A DNA stretch of 64,000 nt from Octopus vulgaris (taxonomy: Eukaryota). The DNA is taken from the NCBI GenBank assembly GCA_951406725.2, contig OX597825.1, positions 9,052,001-9,116,000 on the forward strand, read 5' to 3'. Each line of letters starts with the position of its first letter. Position 1 is the stretch's first letter. Below are positions 38,757 through 52,504 of this stretch, piece after piece. Below the pieces are notes generated by a model. It saw only the letters and a list, made by a program, of their open reading frames with translations, was not told where the DNA came from and made no database searches. The position numbers and the translations under genes are program-made.

Positions 38757-39844
38757 TATGCAACAAGGATATCCAAACGTAATGCAGTACGATCATTTCA
38801 TGCAACTCCATTTAATTGAACAATGCAAATATTACATCAATAAGTAATGTTTGCATCTTTTCATATTCACTCATTAATTCCATGTTTTAAATATCGTATT
38901 TCGTTTTCAAAATTTACGGATTTAAGTGTTCGTTCCAATATTTTCCTCATCGAATTTATTTTTGAGTAGTGTTATGACAATACATTGCCTGAATACGAAA
39001 TTTTTTATAGCCCTCTAGATCTTAGAATTATAATCCTCCGCATATCAACCTTTTTTTTTTATTTTCACTTTGACATTTGGAAACCATGTTAGGAGAGGCG
39101 TACAAGTTTTTCTAACACAGAATAGAGTTACACCCTGAAACATTGACTTCCACCGTCAATTCAATAGCAATAATTATATATAATACTATTAAGCTACCTA
39201 AAGCAATATTTTAATTCCCATTTAATGAATATAATTAAGTACGATGAATTTTTCCTTGTGGTTTTAATTAAATAACATAATTTTCCGTTCAACCTGCATC
39301 TATTCAATTTAAAAACAATTTCTATTATATTCCTACAAATTCTAATGCTTATCCAAATGTATTCTTATTGCCAGCAAAACATATGTACTTGTTAAGGGAA
39401 TGATAATCTAATAACTATTGATAAATAATCATGGTAGTAGCGACCATTTCAAATGCAACCAATTTAAGAATATCGTATTTGGGAGGCGTATATTCAGCGA
39501 AGATTTTTCTAAGGATTTCATTTTCTTCATTAATTTCCAGTAAACATGATCATTACAAATTTAGCCTACATCAGTATCTGGATTTCAACGGTGACACTTT
39601 AGTAATATACTCCGTATAAATACTTTCTTTCTCTCTTTCTCACTTTGTCTCTTTAATCAATTTGATAATGTTTTCTTGATGAAAAAGACTGATGTCAATA
39701 ACTGTTTGCAGTTTTGTAGAATGACTAGAAATCTTGTCATATATTGTTCTTTATTGCACCACTTCGTTCGTATGCTGAGTAACGGAGAAAATTATCCACC
39801 TATTTAACTGTTTGTGTATACGTGTGTGTGTGTCTACTCACGTA

Positions 39845-40073
39845 TACTCTTTACTCTTTACTCTTTTACTTGTTTCAGTCATTTTGACTACGGGCATGCT
39901 GGAGCACCACCTTTAATCGAGCAACTCGACCCCGGGACTCATTCTTTTGTAAGCCCAGTATGTATTCTATTGGTCTCCTTTGCCGAACCGCTAAGTTACG
40001 GGGACGTAAACACACCAGCATCGGTTGTCAAGCAATACTAAGGGGACAAAAACAGACACTCAAACTCACACAC

Positions 40074-40144
<71 letters not shown>

Positions 40145-40322
40145 TACGACGGGCTTCTTTTCAGTTTCCCTCTACCAAATCCACTCACAAGGCTTTGGTC
40201 GGCTCGAGGCTATAGTAGAAGACACTTGCCCAAGGTGCGACGCAGTGGGATTGAACCCGGAACCAACCAATCAGCATGTGGTTGGTAAACAAGCTACTTA
40301 CCACACAGCCACTCCTGCGCCT
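39845..40322 (-). mobile_element. SINE family C, full length
   Basis: Complete head, CORE-like block, internal (TA)n and (TAAAAGAG)n tail. Confidence 0.92.
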
Positions 40323-41057
40323 ATATAAACTCTGCATACAAATGGCATGTACCAACGTCACTCTACTTACCGTGCGTATGTCTTATGGGAGCAGCATCTC
40401 ATTTCTCACATGATATAATATCTTTAACCTGAGGTGCCCAATATATTCGTAACAATGAGAAAAACGTGGCTCTACTTTTCAAATTGTTTGCCATAATTAA
40501 CTTCTTTAACTTTTAGCAACAATTATACATTAAGAGATGTTTTGTTTGCACCGTACTTAACTTTGGTAAAGAGAGACAGAGACATAACTGCATATGATAT
40601 TAAATGAATAAGTGAAAGATAAATAAATAATTCAATCAGATGAGTATTTTAATTTCGTCTGTAATCAAGTTTGAACAGGTTAATCACTCCAGTGATATCG
40701 CATTCCATATTGTGGTGTGTATTGGCGAAGCCTAGATACCTAATTAATAATTGATCTTAAATATTCGACAGACTGTTCTTAATTGTTTGCAATTTACAGA
40801 CTGGAATACAAACTTAATTAAAATATATTTATGTAGCAATGTTAATCTAAGAACAGCTATATCAAACATTGTTAATTAACGATCATTGAAAGAACACGTC
40901 AACTTTGGGAGCAACGCATTTATTTATTCATGCAATCATGCTAGTAAATTGCATCGGCGCAAATGAGACAAAACTTTTTTTGCTTCTGATGATGATAGCG
41001 TCTGTCCTGTGATTTCGAGTGGAAAAATATTTAAAGGGTGGAAGTATGACAGAAGAT

Positions 41058-41163
41058 TATAATAATAATAACAACAACAACAACAACAGCAGCAATAATA
41101 ATAATAACAATAATAATAATAACAACAACAACAACAACAACAATAATAATAATAATAATAATG

Positions 41164-41211
<48 letters not shown>
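41058..41211. repeat. (AAT)n/(AAC)n microsatellite
   Basis: Directly visible; gives the poly-N, poly-Y and poly-I ORFs. Confidence 0.95.
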
Positions 41212-41214
<3 letters not shown>

Positions 41215-41640
41215 GGCTGTAAAAGGAGATGCAGAAGTACCAAAGATCAAATATTCATAGACAAAACGTAAATGCAACATTGTAAACAGAGGACAAATCT
41301 GGGCGTAGCCTGGATTGACTATTGCAGAGCTAATGATATGATTACACATTCGTGGACCAACGGTGCTTCGACCTGTTTGGAATTGCAAATAATTTAACGT
41401 GTTTCCTGAAGGAAAGTGTGTTGGGACGGAAACCTTACCTGACATCTTACGGGGAAAAAAATTTGCTCAGTACTTAATATGAAAAGAGGAAAGAAAACAG
41501 CCTGCTGAGAATTGCGGTCACCATCAGGAGAGACCATGGGATGAATCTGAAGGTATAGATATTTAGGGATTTTGGAGCTGGATGATATTCTACACAGAGA
41601 TCTAGAAACGCTCATAGGGCGGAATTATATTGCGCCTAGC
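41212..41640 (+). mobile_element. 5'-truncated R4/Dong-like non-LTR retrotransposon RT remnant
   Basis: Translates KGCKRRCRSTKDQIFIDK..QHCKQRTNLGVAWIDYCRANDMITHSW, then GYRYLGILELDDILH, matching R4-clade TKDQLLIDK / AWIDYxKAYDxVPHSW / YKYLGILE motifs. Begins directly after (TAA)n. Confidence 0.8.
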
Positions 41641-41865
41641 TGTTTTTATTCAGTTTTAACATACGCATTAGCATTTCGCTAAATCAGCCACAAATTGTTA
41701 TGATAGACACATATATACTGACAGCCAGTTGTAGCCAAGCTATCGAGCTTTTGAGTAGTCCCAACTGCTGAGCCTGCGGTTGACAGGCAAAACTAGTCCA
41801 GTCCAGTGATCTTAGGAATGGGCATGGGGTTGTTATCTCCTCTGTCGGTGTATATATATATATAT

Positions 41866-42276
41866 AGACGCAGGAGTGGCTGTGTGGTAAGTAGCTTGCT
41901 GACCAACCACATGGTTCCGGGTTCAGTCCCACTGCGTGGCATCTTGGGCAAGTGTCTTCTGCTATAGCCCCGGGCCGACCAAAGCCTTGTGAGTGGATTT
42001 GGTAGACGGAAACTGAAAGAAGCCTGTCGTATATATGTATATATATATGTATGTGTGTGTGTTTGTGTGTCTGTGTTTGTTCCCCTAGCATTGTTTGACA
42101 ACCGATGCTGGGGTGTTTACGTCCCCGTCACTTAGCAGTTCGGCAAAAAGAGACCGATAGAATAAGTACTGGGCTTAGAAAAAGAATAAGTGCCGGGGTC
42201 GAGTTGCTCGACTAAAGGCGGTGCTCCAGCATGGCCGCAGTCAAATGACTGAAACAAGTAAAAGAGTAAAAGAGTA
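41866..42276 (+). mobile_element. SINE family C, full length
   Basis: GCAGGAGTGGCTGTGTGG head, GGTTCAGTCCC B-box, CATCTTGGGCAAGTGTCTT CORE-like block, internal microsatellite, tail ...GACTGAAACAAGTAAAAGAG. Confidence 0.92.
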
Positions 42277-42459
42277 TATATATATATATATATATTGCGC
42301 GCTTTTACTACGTTAACAGATTTTAACTCGTATTTCTTGCGATATGGAGTGCTCCAGTTCCTCAGTCCCTTCAGTCACACTTTGTGACGTGAAACATTTT
42401 CCTTTATGGTATTATATTGCGTGTCGTTGTTTAAATTGATATATATATATATATATATA

Positions 42460-42638
42460 TTGACAACCGATGCTGGTGTGTTTAGGTCCCCGTTACTTAG
42501 CGGTTCGGCAAAAGAGACCGATAGAATAAGTACTAGGCTTACAAAAGAGTAAGTCCCGGGGTCGAGTTGCTCGATTAAAGGCAGTACTCCAGCATGACCG
42601 CAGTCAAATGACTGAAACAATTAAAAGAGTAAAAGAGT
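42460..42638 (+). mobile_element. SINE family C 3' half between (TA)n tracts
   Basis: Matches 42096-42276. Confidence 0.9.
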
Positions 42639-45258
42639 ATATATATATATAAAACCATAGATATATACAGAGATAGAGATATATGCATACATACATAAAC
42701 ACATACATACATAGACAGACAGACAGATATATATATATATATTATATATACATAGATAGATAGATGTTTGTGTGTATTTATGTATTTGCACCCTATAATG
42801 AAAGTGTATACATAAGAAAGAAACTCATGATACAGGTTTTAGTCTTTCAGTATTTACAAGTAAAGATATGCTCATGGAAGGCCCTATAGAGAAAACTAAA
42901 CTGCTATTTAACGAAGAAATTACAAAAGCGTGCATTCGGGTTCTGGGTATTGTTACATACAATTCTACAGTACTCGATGCGTGATATTATGAAATAGTAA
43001 TTGAACATCTTCCAATATTATTTACGAGTGAAACGAATACTTGTAAATTTAATACTACTTACGTGTTAGTCAATTATGCTGCTGAAGTCTGCCAGCTCCC
43101 AATGTGAATAGGAACCTGGATAAACACCAGATTTCTTCCAAGTTTGCAATAGTGTACGACACTAATCTATGGCTGAAATACGTATACTTTCCTTAAGACA
43201 AGACAATGATTCATATCGGTTACTTAGGGTTGGGTGGATGATGGATGAATTGGCAAAAAGAGCAGATACTGAATACAAGGATACAATTTTACATGTCTAT
43301 TTGCATTTCAATTTTAAGCATTTCCTTTTATCATTTCGGTGAAAATCGTATTTGTCATGCTTGGTAGATACCCGTGATTTTATCTATCCAGTAACACTGT
43401 TTAGGTCCCTGCTCAACGAGAAATAACTCTCGTACACGCCGACCTTAAATGTTTGCAAAATGCATTGTCCTTTTCTATCAAGCAGTAGTTTCTCACGATT
43501 ATCCACAGTCGATATACGTTTTGATATATTAATTAAATGATAATTATTGGGGGCCATCTTTATAGAATGGCAAATTCGTGCCTGTGAGGTGAAACAGGAA
43601 AAGTCCGTTTCCTGGAGTTATATAACAGATTCAAGTTTCTGTATCTCACTGCCCAAAACGTTTGCTGTATTTGTACTTTTCTTGATATGGCGCCAAATTA
43701 TGCATCGTTGTTAAACAATATTCTATGAAGTGCACATGTTTTTGAACCGTTGGTCATGCAAACAAATATGTCTGTGGCACAAGAAATGCGGTCCATAATG
43801 TGCTGCCTGACCTAAAAAAAGACGATAGTGTTATACAATTTTGTTAAATATTATGACCTTTCCATTCATCTATATATTAGTTTGTAAACATGCGAGGTAT
43901 ATAAATTCAAACAATGCTACTGTCTTATATTTTGAAAATTTTCCAGAATCTTATTCAAGGATTTTTGATTGCAGGATAATTGGAGTTGTAATTACAGAGC
44001 AAGTATCCCTACCTCATGCAACTAATTTATTCTGTGTGTATATTTTAACAAGGCCACAACCACTGTTTTATATTCATTTTTGTTTGTGTTTTTTTCAAAT
44101 ATCATCTCTATCGACTTTTCTTTATGCTACCACTCCTTCATTGGCCGTCCTTGGTTTTTATTCTAAATACACTCATTCAATTAAGAAAACAGTTTCTCTC
44201 TTGCTGTTACCATCTTCCTTTTCTGGTAAATAATTATTGTTCATTGCTTGTCTATTTGTTTTCTTAAGTGATACAACAATTATAGCTAAAAAGACTTGTC
44301 GATCCGCCTCATGGTTTCGACCGACATAATGGGAAAAACGGTGCCCCATAAGATGGATGGGGAGACACGATAGAAAAAAAAAACAGGCAGTCCGATTTAC
44401 AGGACTAGCAGTTTCGAATAACCATCTCTGCACTGAGTAGGGATATATTCCGAGGGCCAAAAATGTCAGAGTTTTTCATGTCCACAGGCTCCACGGCAAA
44501 TGTGTCAGAGATCGGCAGGTACTTTTAAATTTTGCTCTTCTTGGTTTGATGGAAAGTAAAGCCTTGCCTGGCAGCCCAACACAACAGAGATAGTGTTTCA
44601 GCATGCAAACTTCCATTTCTGTGTACTTCGGTGTCGAGGAAATTATTTTCTCCCTACTCACCATGCTTAAATACCATAAACATAATGACAACTTGGACTC
44701 TCGGGGACCGAAGTAAAATCGTTTTTATACAAAACCAAAATAATTTGATATATCGCATACGACATTGTCCCTCGCCTGAAATATCTTCGATGGGGCGATA
44801 CTCGCTGCTTAATTTTTATAACTGATGATATGCAATCATTTTAATCAGCAAAGAAATTGTTTGAAAATCACAGAAAATACCACAGTATTCTAAAAGGTTT
44901 AATGACATGGTAGGTTGTAAACCTATTCATTCACTTATCCCTCTTTGAATTTACATAATTTTTATACATAGATGTAGATAAGTATTCAGATGAATTGGTG
45001 CCAAGAACTATAGAAATTATCATCACCTTTAATAAGGTTACGTAACAACATCTTCTTCAGGTGTTTGTTTACTTCTATTCAAAAATTCGTAAGTTCACCT
45101 AGGGATTGACCGGTGGAAATGCTTTGCTTTACTGTTTGTATCGAAATGCCTAAATACGGATTTTGATTTTCTCCCTATTCTACTAGCCAAACCATTCGTA
45201 CGAGGAATTTGCCAGGATTTATTTAATCCCTGCTTTTACACACACATACACAGGGACC

Positions 45259-45321
<63 letters not shown>

Positions 45322-45324
<3 letters not shown>

Positions 45325-45780
45325 TATGTAAAACAATGCAATCATCTCATCGGGTGAAAAAGAGAAACAAAGTTTACAGATATAACGTCAAAGGCAATTT
45401 ATAGAAAGAGAAATATATCTATTTCCACTCCTTTACATTTTACTCCTATTTCCCTATCGCACAATATTTCTCTACTCTAATTTTTCTCCTAATATCTTTC
45501 TCCCCCCTCCTTCTCTATCTATAAATTGCCTTTGACGCTATATCTATTGTTTTTTTTTAAAATAATTTACCAGCGTTTCCTTCATCATATATGCAGTGAT
45601 TTCATTCGGTTAAAATGTCCTATTGATGTGTTTTGTTTCTCATTGTGTGTGTGTGTGTTCCTGATGAGAACATTGCGTTGTTTTACACCATTTTATTCCT
45701 TCTGGAATAATACCAATGTTTTCTTCGAAACATATGTCAGATTATAAAGATTTGAATAACACCAGCGTGTAAATCCATAT
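45322..45780 (+). mobile_element. Penelope-like remnant with an inverted partial copy
   Basis: 45378-45412 is the reverse complement of 45511-45545. 45322-45372 is the reverse complement of ~45632-45695, including the hammerhead 5' core. Flanked by (TG)n. Confidence 0.5.
45655..45742 (+). ncRNA. Degenerate hammerhead-like motif with long stem II
   Basis: CUGAUGA at 45661; stem II GAA-CAUUG / CAAUG-(bulge)-UUC; GAAAC-AUAU-GUC with palindromic ACAUAUGU and GUC triplet. Stem I does not pair. Confidence 0.55.
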
Positions 45781-45825
45781 GTGTGTTTGTGTGTTTGTGT
45801 GTTTGTCTGTATGTGTGAATATATA

Positions 45826-45859
<34 letters not shown>

Positions 45860-45906
45860 AAGAGAGAGAGAGCTAGACAGGTAGCTAGTTAGTTAGATAG
45901 ACAGGT

Positions 45907-46060
<154 letters not shown>

Positions 46061-46819
46061 GTTTCTCGCTTCCTAAATGTAATAAAACATGTAAGGTGTA
46101 AATTGATATTCAAGGAAAAGAAATCATTTTACTTTTCAATGGAGCCTTGACTACATTTTGATTAGTGTACTAACATTCATGAACCAAATAACTGAGAAAC
46201 AAAACGGCACATATTGTAGTTTTCATTTTGTTTTTTACATGTTGAATTTATATGAATATATTTTGCGTTGCTAACTTTTTCTTACGTGCAAAACAAATAC
46301 GGCATTTCTTGTCTGATGTTTTGGATGTGAGCGTTTTATTATAGAATAGCAATTTTACATTCCATTAACATGGTAGACATTTCACCACAGTGATTAAACA
46401 AAAAAATATGTAGATAAATGGAGATAGTAAGATAGAAAGAAAAATGCACTCTAAAGAAAAATATAGGTATATCTATCATCTATATATATATCATCTATAT
46501 ATATATATGTATATATATATATACATACATGTATCTATAGATGTGCACGTGGGTACGTATATGTATGCGTATGTGTATGTGTTATGTATGCATTACTGTT
46601 CTCTGAACGGATGGAAATATTTTTACTAATGAATAACTGAATATTTAAATTTGTCCTCTCAGCTTCCGGTAAATATTTAAATACATGCGCTAATGTACAT
46701 CTAAATTATTAACTATATAAGTTACAAAGTCATCAAAAATTGTATATATATATAGACCTATATGCACACACAAATACATATGCATATAGATCATAACTAT
46801 ACAGAGCGCTAGCCACCAC

Positions 46820-46965
46820 ACATTCTTTATTTTCTCTCTTGTTTCTTTCTGTGTTCCTTTCTGTGGAAGAGCGTAGGCACGAAATTTTAAAGACCTTTTC
46901 ACTTCCCGTGCGTTATACTAATACATCTGTTTGTTGTCTACACCACCAGTTTTCACCTTTTGTTA
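46820..46965 (+). mobile_element. Second copy of family E, with decayed variant hammerhead at 46856-46893
   Basis: CCTTT-CTGTGGA-A-GAGC-GTAG-GCAC-GAAA-TTTT-AAAGA; downstream homology to 38614-38712. Confidence 0.55.
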
Positions 46966-46975
46966 TATATAAATA

Positions 46976-47292
<317 letters not shown>

Positions 47293-47309
47293 TATGCATA
47301 TATATATTA

Positions 47310-47489
47310 TTTTACTTGCTTTACTCCTTTGACTGCGGCCATGCTAGAGCACTGCCTTTAGTCGAACAAATCGACGCCAGGACTTATTCTTTGTAAGCCT
47401 AAAACTTATTCCATAGGTGTCTTTTGCCGAACCGCTAGGTTACGGGGACGTAAACACATCAACATCTGTTGTCACGCACACACACACAG

Positions 47490-47533
<44 letters not shown>

Positions 47534-47673
47534 GACGAGCTTCTCTCAGTTTCCATATACCAAATCCATACACAAGGTAGAAGACACTGACCCAAAGTGC
47601 CACTCAGTGGGACTGAACCAGGAACCACTTGGTTGGGAAACAGACTTCTTCCCAAACAGCCACTCCTGCACCT
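47310..47673 (-). mobile_element. SINE family C with internal deletion
   Basis: Head, internal (TA)n and tail all recognisable. Confidence 0.88.
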
Positions 47674-49392
47674 AATTATGTAAATATATAACGAAATGCT
47701 TATGAGCATATATACTTTTAAATGAACGTGTGTATATGCGTGTCTAGGTATAGAGAAACATATATTCATATCCATAGCTATGTCGCCGTCATCACCAGAC
47801 ATGCAGGCGTAGAGAACCACAGTAAATGAATTTTGCAAAATTTTTGTTCTTGTCTTCTCCATGCCGACTTATACAGTACCTGGTTTCTTTCTTCTGTTCT
47901 AAATATGAGTAACACCTGGTATTTAACAAATTAGCATCATACATACCAGATAATAAAATACTGAAATTTTACAGGTTTACAATGATGATAATACAAACAC
48001 AGGTATCAAAGAAGGAATAGTACGAACCCTAGAAATTATTCAAGTCGACGAAAGTACATTTCTCACCTTAATTGGTCTTTATATTTAACTCAAGCGCTTC
48101 TACTTTGAAGACACCGTGACGGCCAAAGCGGTTAAAACTACTAAGAAAGATTTAATCCAAACTTCATTTTACTGCGAAACAGCTGCCGTAACAATTTCTT
48201 TTTATACATTTTCCTCTTTCTTTCTTTTGTTGTTGTTGTTGTTGTAATAACTTTTCTGTCCCAATAGTAATCGTTATTCTAAATCTTTGACGCTAATCGA
48301 TCTGATAAAATAATTGAAATCCAGCCGAATCTGGCATAACATGTCGGAAACAACGGAGACAAACGGCTGAGACCATCACTGTACTGTCATATAAGTCCTT
48401 TTGCAGCTGATTCGACAAACATGACTCAGGAATATATGCAGCTTAAGAACATTTTAAAACCAGCATTCGAAATATTTTTCTCACGAGATTAAAGAAGAAA
48501 CGCTCTTCTCATGATAAAAAGTTTCAATGACGTTGCTGGAGAACACATAGAATCATACCATTTTAATTAATAGAAAATTAATATCTTTGTATACGTTGCC
48601 GCTTTTGTTATAACAGAAGACATAGGAATAAAACTGCTGTGCACGTCCTAATGAATTTACTAAACGAAAGGAACACAGGTGGAAAAACTAACCTTGAAGG
48701 AAACAACTGCAAAATTCTCTGTCATATTGGATGGTTAACCTTGGTAACAAAATGTAGGGAAAATAATGAGTTCGCACAGCACGCATTATATCTTTTGCGA
48801 AAAATAACGAAATTCTTGACTCTGAGAGAAAATAATTACTTTGAAGCCTGCAACTCACGACGTTGAGTGATAAGGTTTGTCATCGTAGAGAAAATTATCT
48901 GGTGTGACAGTATGAACCGCAAGTTTGTTTTCCAGTCCGCAGGCATTATATAGAGACTGGGGTGAAAAACTGGTGAAAAAAACAATCTTTTTCTCACGAA
49001 CATCCTAAATCCTTCTGGTCTACGATCTGGAATGGAAAAGAAGGTTTCAACCGGAATGCATCCTAATTAAATACAGCTAAGAAAATATACTGTAAGATCA
49101 ATAACAAACAAACACAGTCGACCCTAAAACGTTCACCATAATTATGTGCGTATTTCGGAAGGCAACTGGAAGAATTCTATTAGTTATATTTATATATATG
49201 TCTGTCGGTGTGCGTGTGTGTGTGTGTACCTATTTATACCTACTTACATAGATACATTCATACACGCACATATACGCACACAAGCATATATATATCTGTA
49301 TGAAGTAATTCGTATATAAGATCTTGAAGCACATAATGTAATAATAGAATTATTAATAACGTGACATCCACTGTCCAAAAAGACCCTATATA

Positions 49393-49600
49393 TTTTTCTT
49401 TATTGCCCACAAGGGGCTAAACATAGAGGGGACAAACAAGGACAGACAAAGGGATTACCAGTGCGTAGCTGGTACTTTATTCTTCGACCCCGAAAGGATG
49501 AAAGGCAAAGTCGACCTCGGCGGAATTTGAACTCACAACGTAGCGGCAGACGAAATACGGCTACGCATTTCGCCCGGGCTGCTAACGTTTCTGCTGGCTA
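49393..49600 (-). mobile_element. SINE family B
   Basis: Matches the family consensus seen in other copies. Confidence 0.88.
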
Positions 49601-49734
49601 TCAGTAATATGTGTGGATGCAGGTGTCTGTTTGTGTGTGTATTTGTATCTGTGAGCATGTAAGCTTCTGCATGTGCGTGCGTGGTGTGTATGAGTGTGCA
49701 TATGTGTGTGTGCACGGGCGATTATTATACGTTC

Positions 49735-50073
49735 GACCCGAGTGCCTAACTGGTACTTAATTTATCGACCCCGAAAGGATGAAAGGCAAAGTCGACCTCG
49801 GCGGAATTTGAACCCAGAACATAGCGGCAGACGAAATACCTATTTCTTTACTACACACAAGGGGCTAAACATAGAGGGGACAAACAAGAACAGACATTGG
49901 GTTTAAGTCGATTACATCGACCCCGGCGGGTAACTGGTAATTAATTTATCGACCTCGAAAAGATGAAAGGCAAAGTCGACCTCGGCGGAATTTGAACTCA
50001 GAACATAACGACAAACCAAATACCGCTAAGCATTTCGCCCGTCGCGCTAACGTTTCTGTCAGCTCGACGCCTT
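49735..50073 (-). mobile_element. SINE family B with partly duplicated body
   Basis: Same GAAATACC|TATTTCTTTACT junction as the other dimeric copies. Confidence 0.88.
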
Positions 50074-51269
50074 AATGACCTTTTGCTATAGCAACGTTGT
50101 GACTAATACGCTCTGATTAAGGTTGGACAAAGAAACTATGCAGAGCCTTCTATATATACCTAAATATATAGGTCTCTACTACGACTTCTGAAGCGACCTC
50201 ACACCTAAGCGTAAGCGTACATTTGTCCGTTCGCCTGTGTTTGTATTTGTATTTGTTTGTGTGTGTAATATATGTCAGTTTTTCTGTGCTTGTTTGTGTA
50301 TATGCGTACACATGTTTGTGGGTATATTTGTATTCTGCCGTATGTTAACCGGTGCAGGTTTTGCCTTTGTTCCTTTGCATACTGGTTCGGTAAAAGGACC
50401 CTGAAAGTTAAAAGTAACAGATATAACTATTAGAGTCTATTTGAGAAACAAAATACACCACGTGTCTACTCCTAATATGGCGGTGTAAAAAAACAACAAA
50501 AAAAACAGAAACAAGAACAAAATATTCGTAAATTCTTTTCAGTAAAATTTAAAACTTTACAATATTTTGGACATAATGTCCACGATTCACATCTAAACAA
50601 GAAAACAGGTGCTATGCATTTCAAATTCTTTTACTATTATTTTTAATTTTTAGAAATAGATATTTGAGTATGCATTTTCATTTTGTGTAATTCTGGAGCC
50701 CGAAAGGGGATTTGTATTCATGATTTCCGAATTGTATTTGCAATTTAAGCACCAGCATTAGCATTCCTATTTAATATGCTGCCAAGATATTGCACAGAAC
50801 CTAACTGTTTCAAAGTTTTACTGTACAGCGCTATTTTAGAATCTACACAATTTTTCCCACATAAAGTTGATAAGAACAATAGTGTTTCTCAACATCTGCT
50901 GGAGTTCTAATGCATGATATACAGAAATAAATAATTTAGGCGTATATGTGGACGTGAGCGAGCGCGTGCGTGGCTATGTATCAGCATGAGTGAGCAAGTG
51001 TTTCAGCGTGCGTATTTAATTAAATGAATCATTGGAAAATTTTCACATCAAACGAAAGTCTTGTGTTTCTTATTAAGTTTTGATACTCAACGTTTACAGA
51101 ATGTTGCTGAACTACAAATCACGACAAAAGTTGGAACAATACAAAGGTAGCATAAAGGAAGTTACGCATTTCGAATTTTCATTCAGATTGGTGAATGTTT
51201 CCGGGTATGCAAATGTGCATGCATATACTACGTATGTATTCATGTACGTATGTATATACCTATATCTCT

Positions 51270-51484
51270 ACTACTCTCTACTACAGAGAGGACAAACAAG
51301 GACAGACAAACGGATCAAACCGATTATATCGATTCCAGTACGTAACTGGTACTTATTTAATCGACCCCGAAAGGATGAAAGGCAAAATCGACCTCTGCGG
51401 AATTTGAACTCGGAACGTAGTGGCAGACGAAATACCGCTAAGCATTTCGCCCCGCGCGATAACGTCTTTGCCAGCTCACCGCCT
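51270..51484 (-). mobile_element. SINE family B
   Basis: Matches the family; TSD-like CATGTACGTATGTATATACC near 51241 and 51487. Confidence 0.88.
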
Positions 51485-52124
51485 TCCATGTACGTATGTA
51501 TATACCGAGTCGTATTTAGTGCAACTGGTAACATGTAAGTCAGAGCAACTTTGGCGACTAAACATGAACGTTACAAAGCTAGCGTGCAGAGAAGAGTCAT
51601 CTCTATTTGACGCACTGTAAAATGAAAAGCAAAACATGTCGGAGGACACTTGAGCTCTGTTGGGTCAGCGGTCGTCTAGCAGTTAAGAAGGATAGATACA
51701 TTCTCATTGTATAGATACATAGGGGGTCAAAAATTTCCACGACTAGTTGTGTAGTACACCAGCAGATGGCAGCACACGGTACGTGCATAGTGAGAGCTAG
51801 TTAAAAATGAAAGTGCAGTATAAAATACTGTTTCTATATTCATTTACCATATGAGTTTATGTTCTTCTAGAATCGCTCTTGCCTTCTGTTTTCTTGTTTT
51901 CTTTTCTTTTCATGGTGGTTTAAAGAATAAAGATGATTTCCTATTTAGAAGGCATCCTTCCTATTTACAACGTATGCGCAAGTACGTACTCCTTTACATA
52001 TTCATCAAAATTAGCGTGTGACGAAGGAAGTTACACATTTCATCATTTGAGGATGGTGTTCGATACTTGTATTAGAGCTAAATCTACGCAACACAGCAGA
52101 ATTGTGTGTCTATCTATCTATCTT

Positions 52125-52344
52125 ACTCTACTCTCTCTCTTTTACTCTTTTACTTGTTTCAGTCATTTGACTGTGGCCATGCTGGAGCACCGCCTTTAGT
52201 CGAACGAATCGACCCCAGGACTTATTTTTTGTAATCCTAGTACTTAATCTGTCGGTCTGTTTTGCCGAACCGCTAAGTTACGGGGACGGAAACACACCAG
52301 CATCAGTTGTCAAGCGATGTTGGGGGGACAAAGACAGACACACG

Positions 52345-52432
<88 letters not shown>

Positions 52433-52504
52433 CATAGATACGACTGAACCCGAAACCATGTGGTTCGTAAGCAAGCTACTTACCACACATCCACTCCTAC
52501 GCCT
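52125..52504 (-). mobile_element. SINE family C lacking the CORE-like segment
   Basis: Tail, internal (TA)n and head present; middle missing. Confidence 0.85.

Noticed and set aside
45105-45125. AFPP peptide on the minus strand suggesting a DIRS methyltransferase motif
   Set aside because: Four residues followed by a stop, with no supporting context.
48100-48140. TTGAAGA-CACCGTGACGGCC-AAAGCGGTT hammerhead-like remnant
   Set aside because: Multiple core mismatches and weak stems; indistinguishable from chance.
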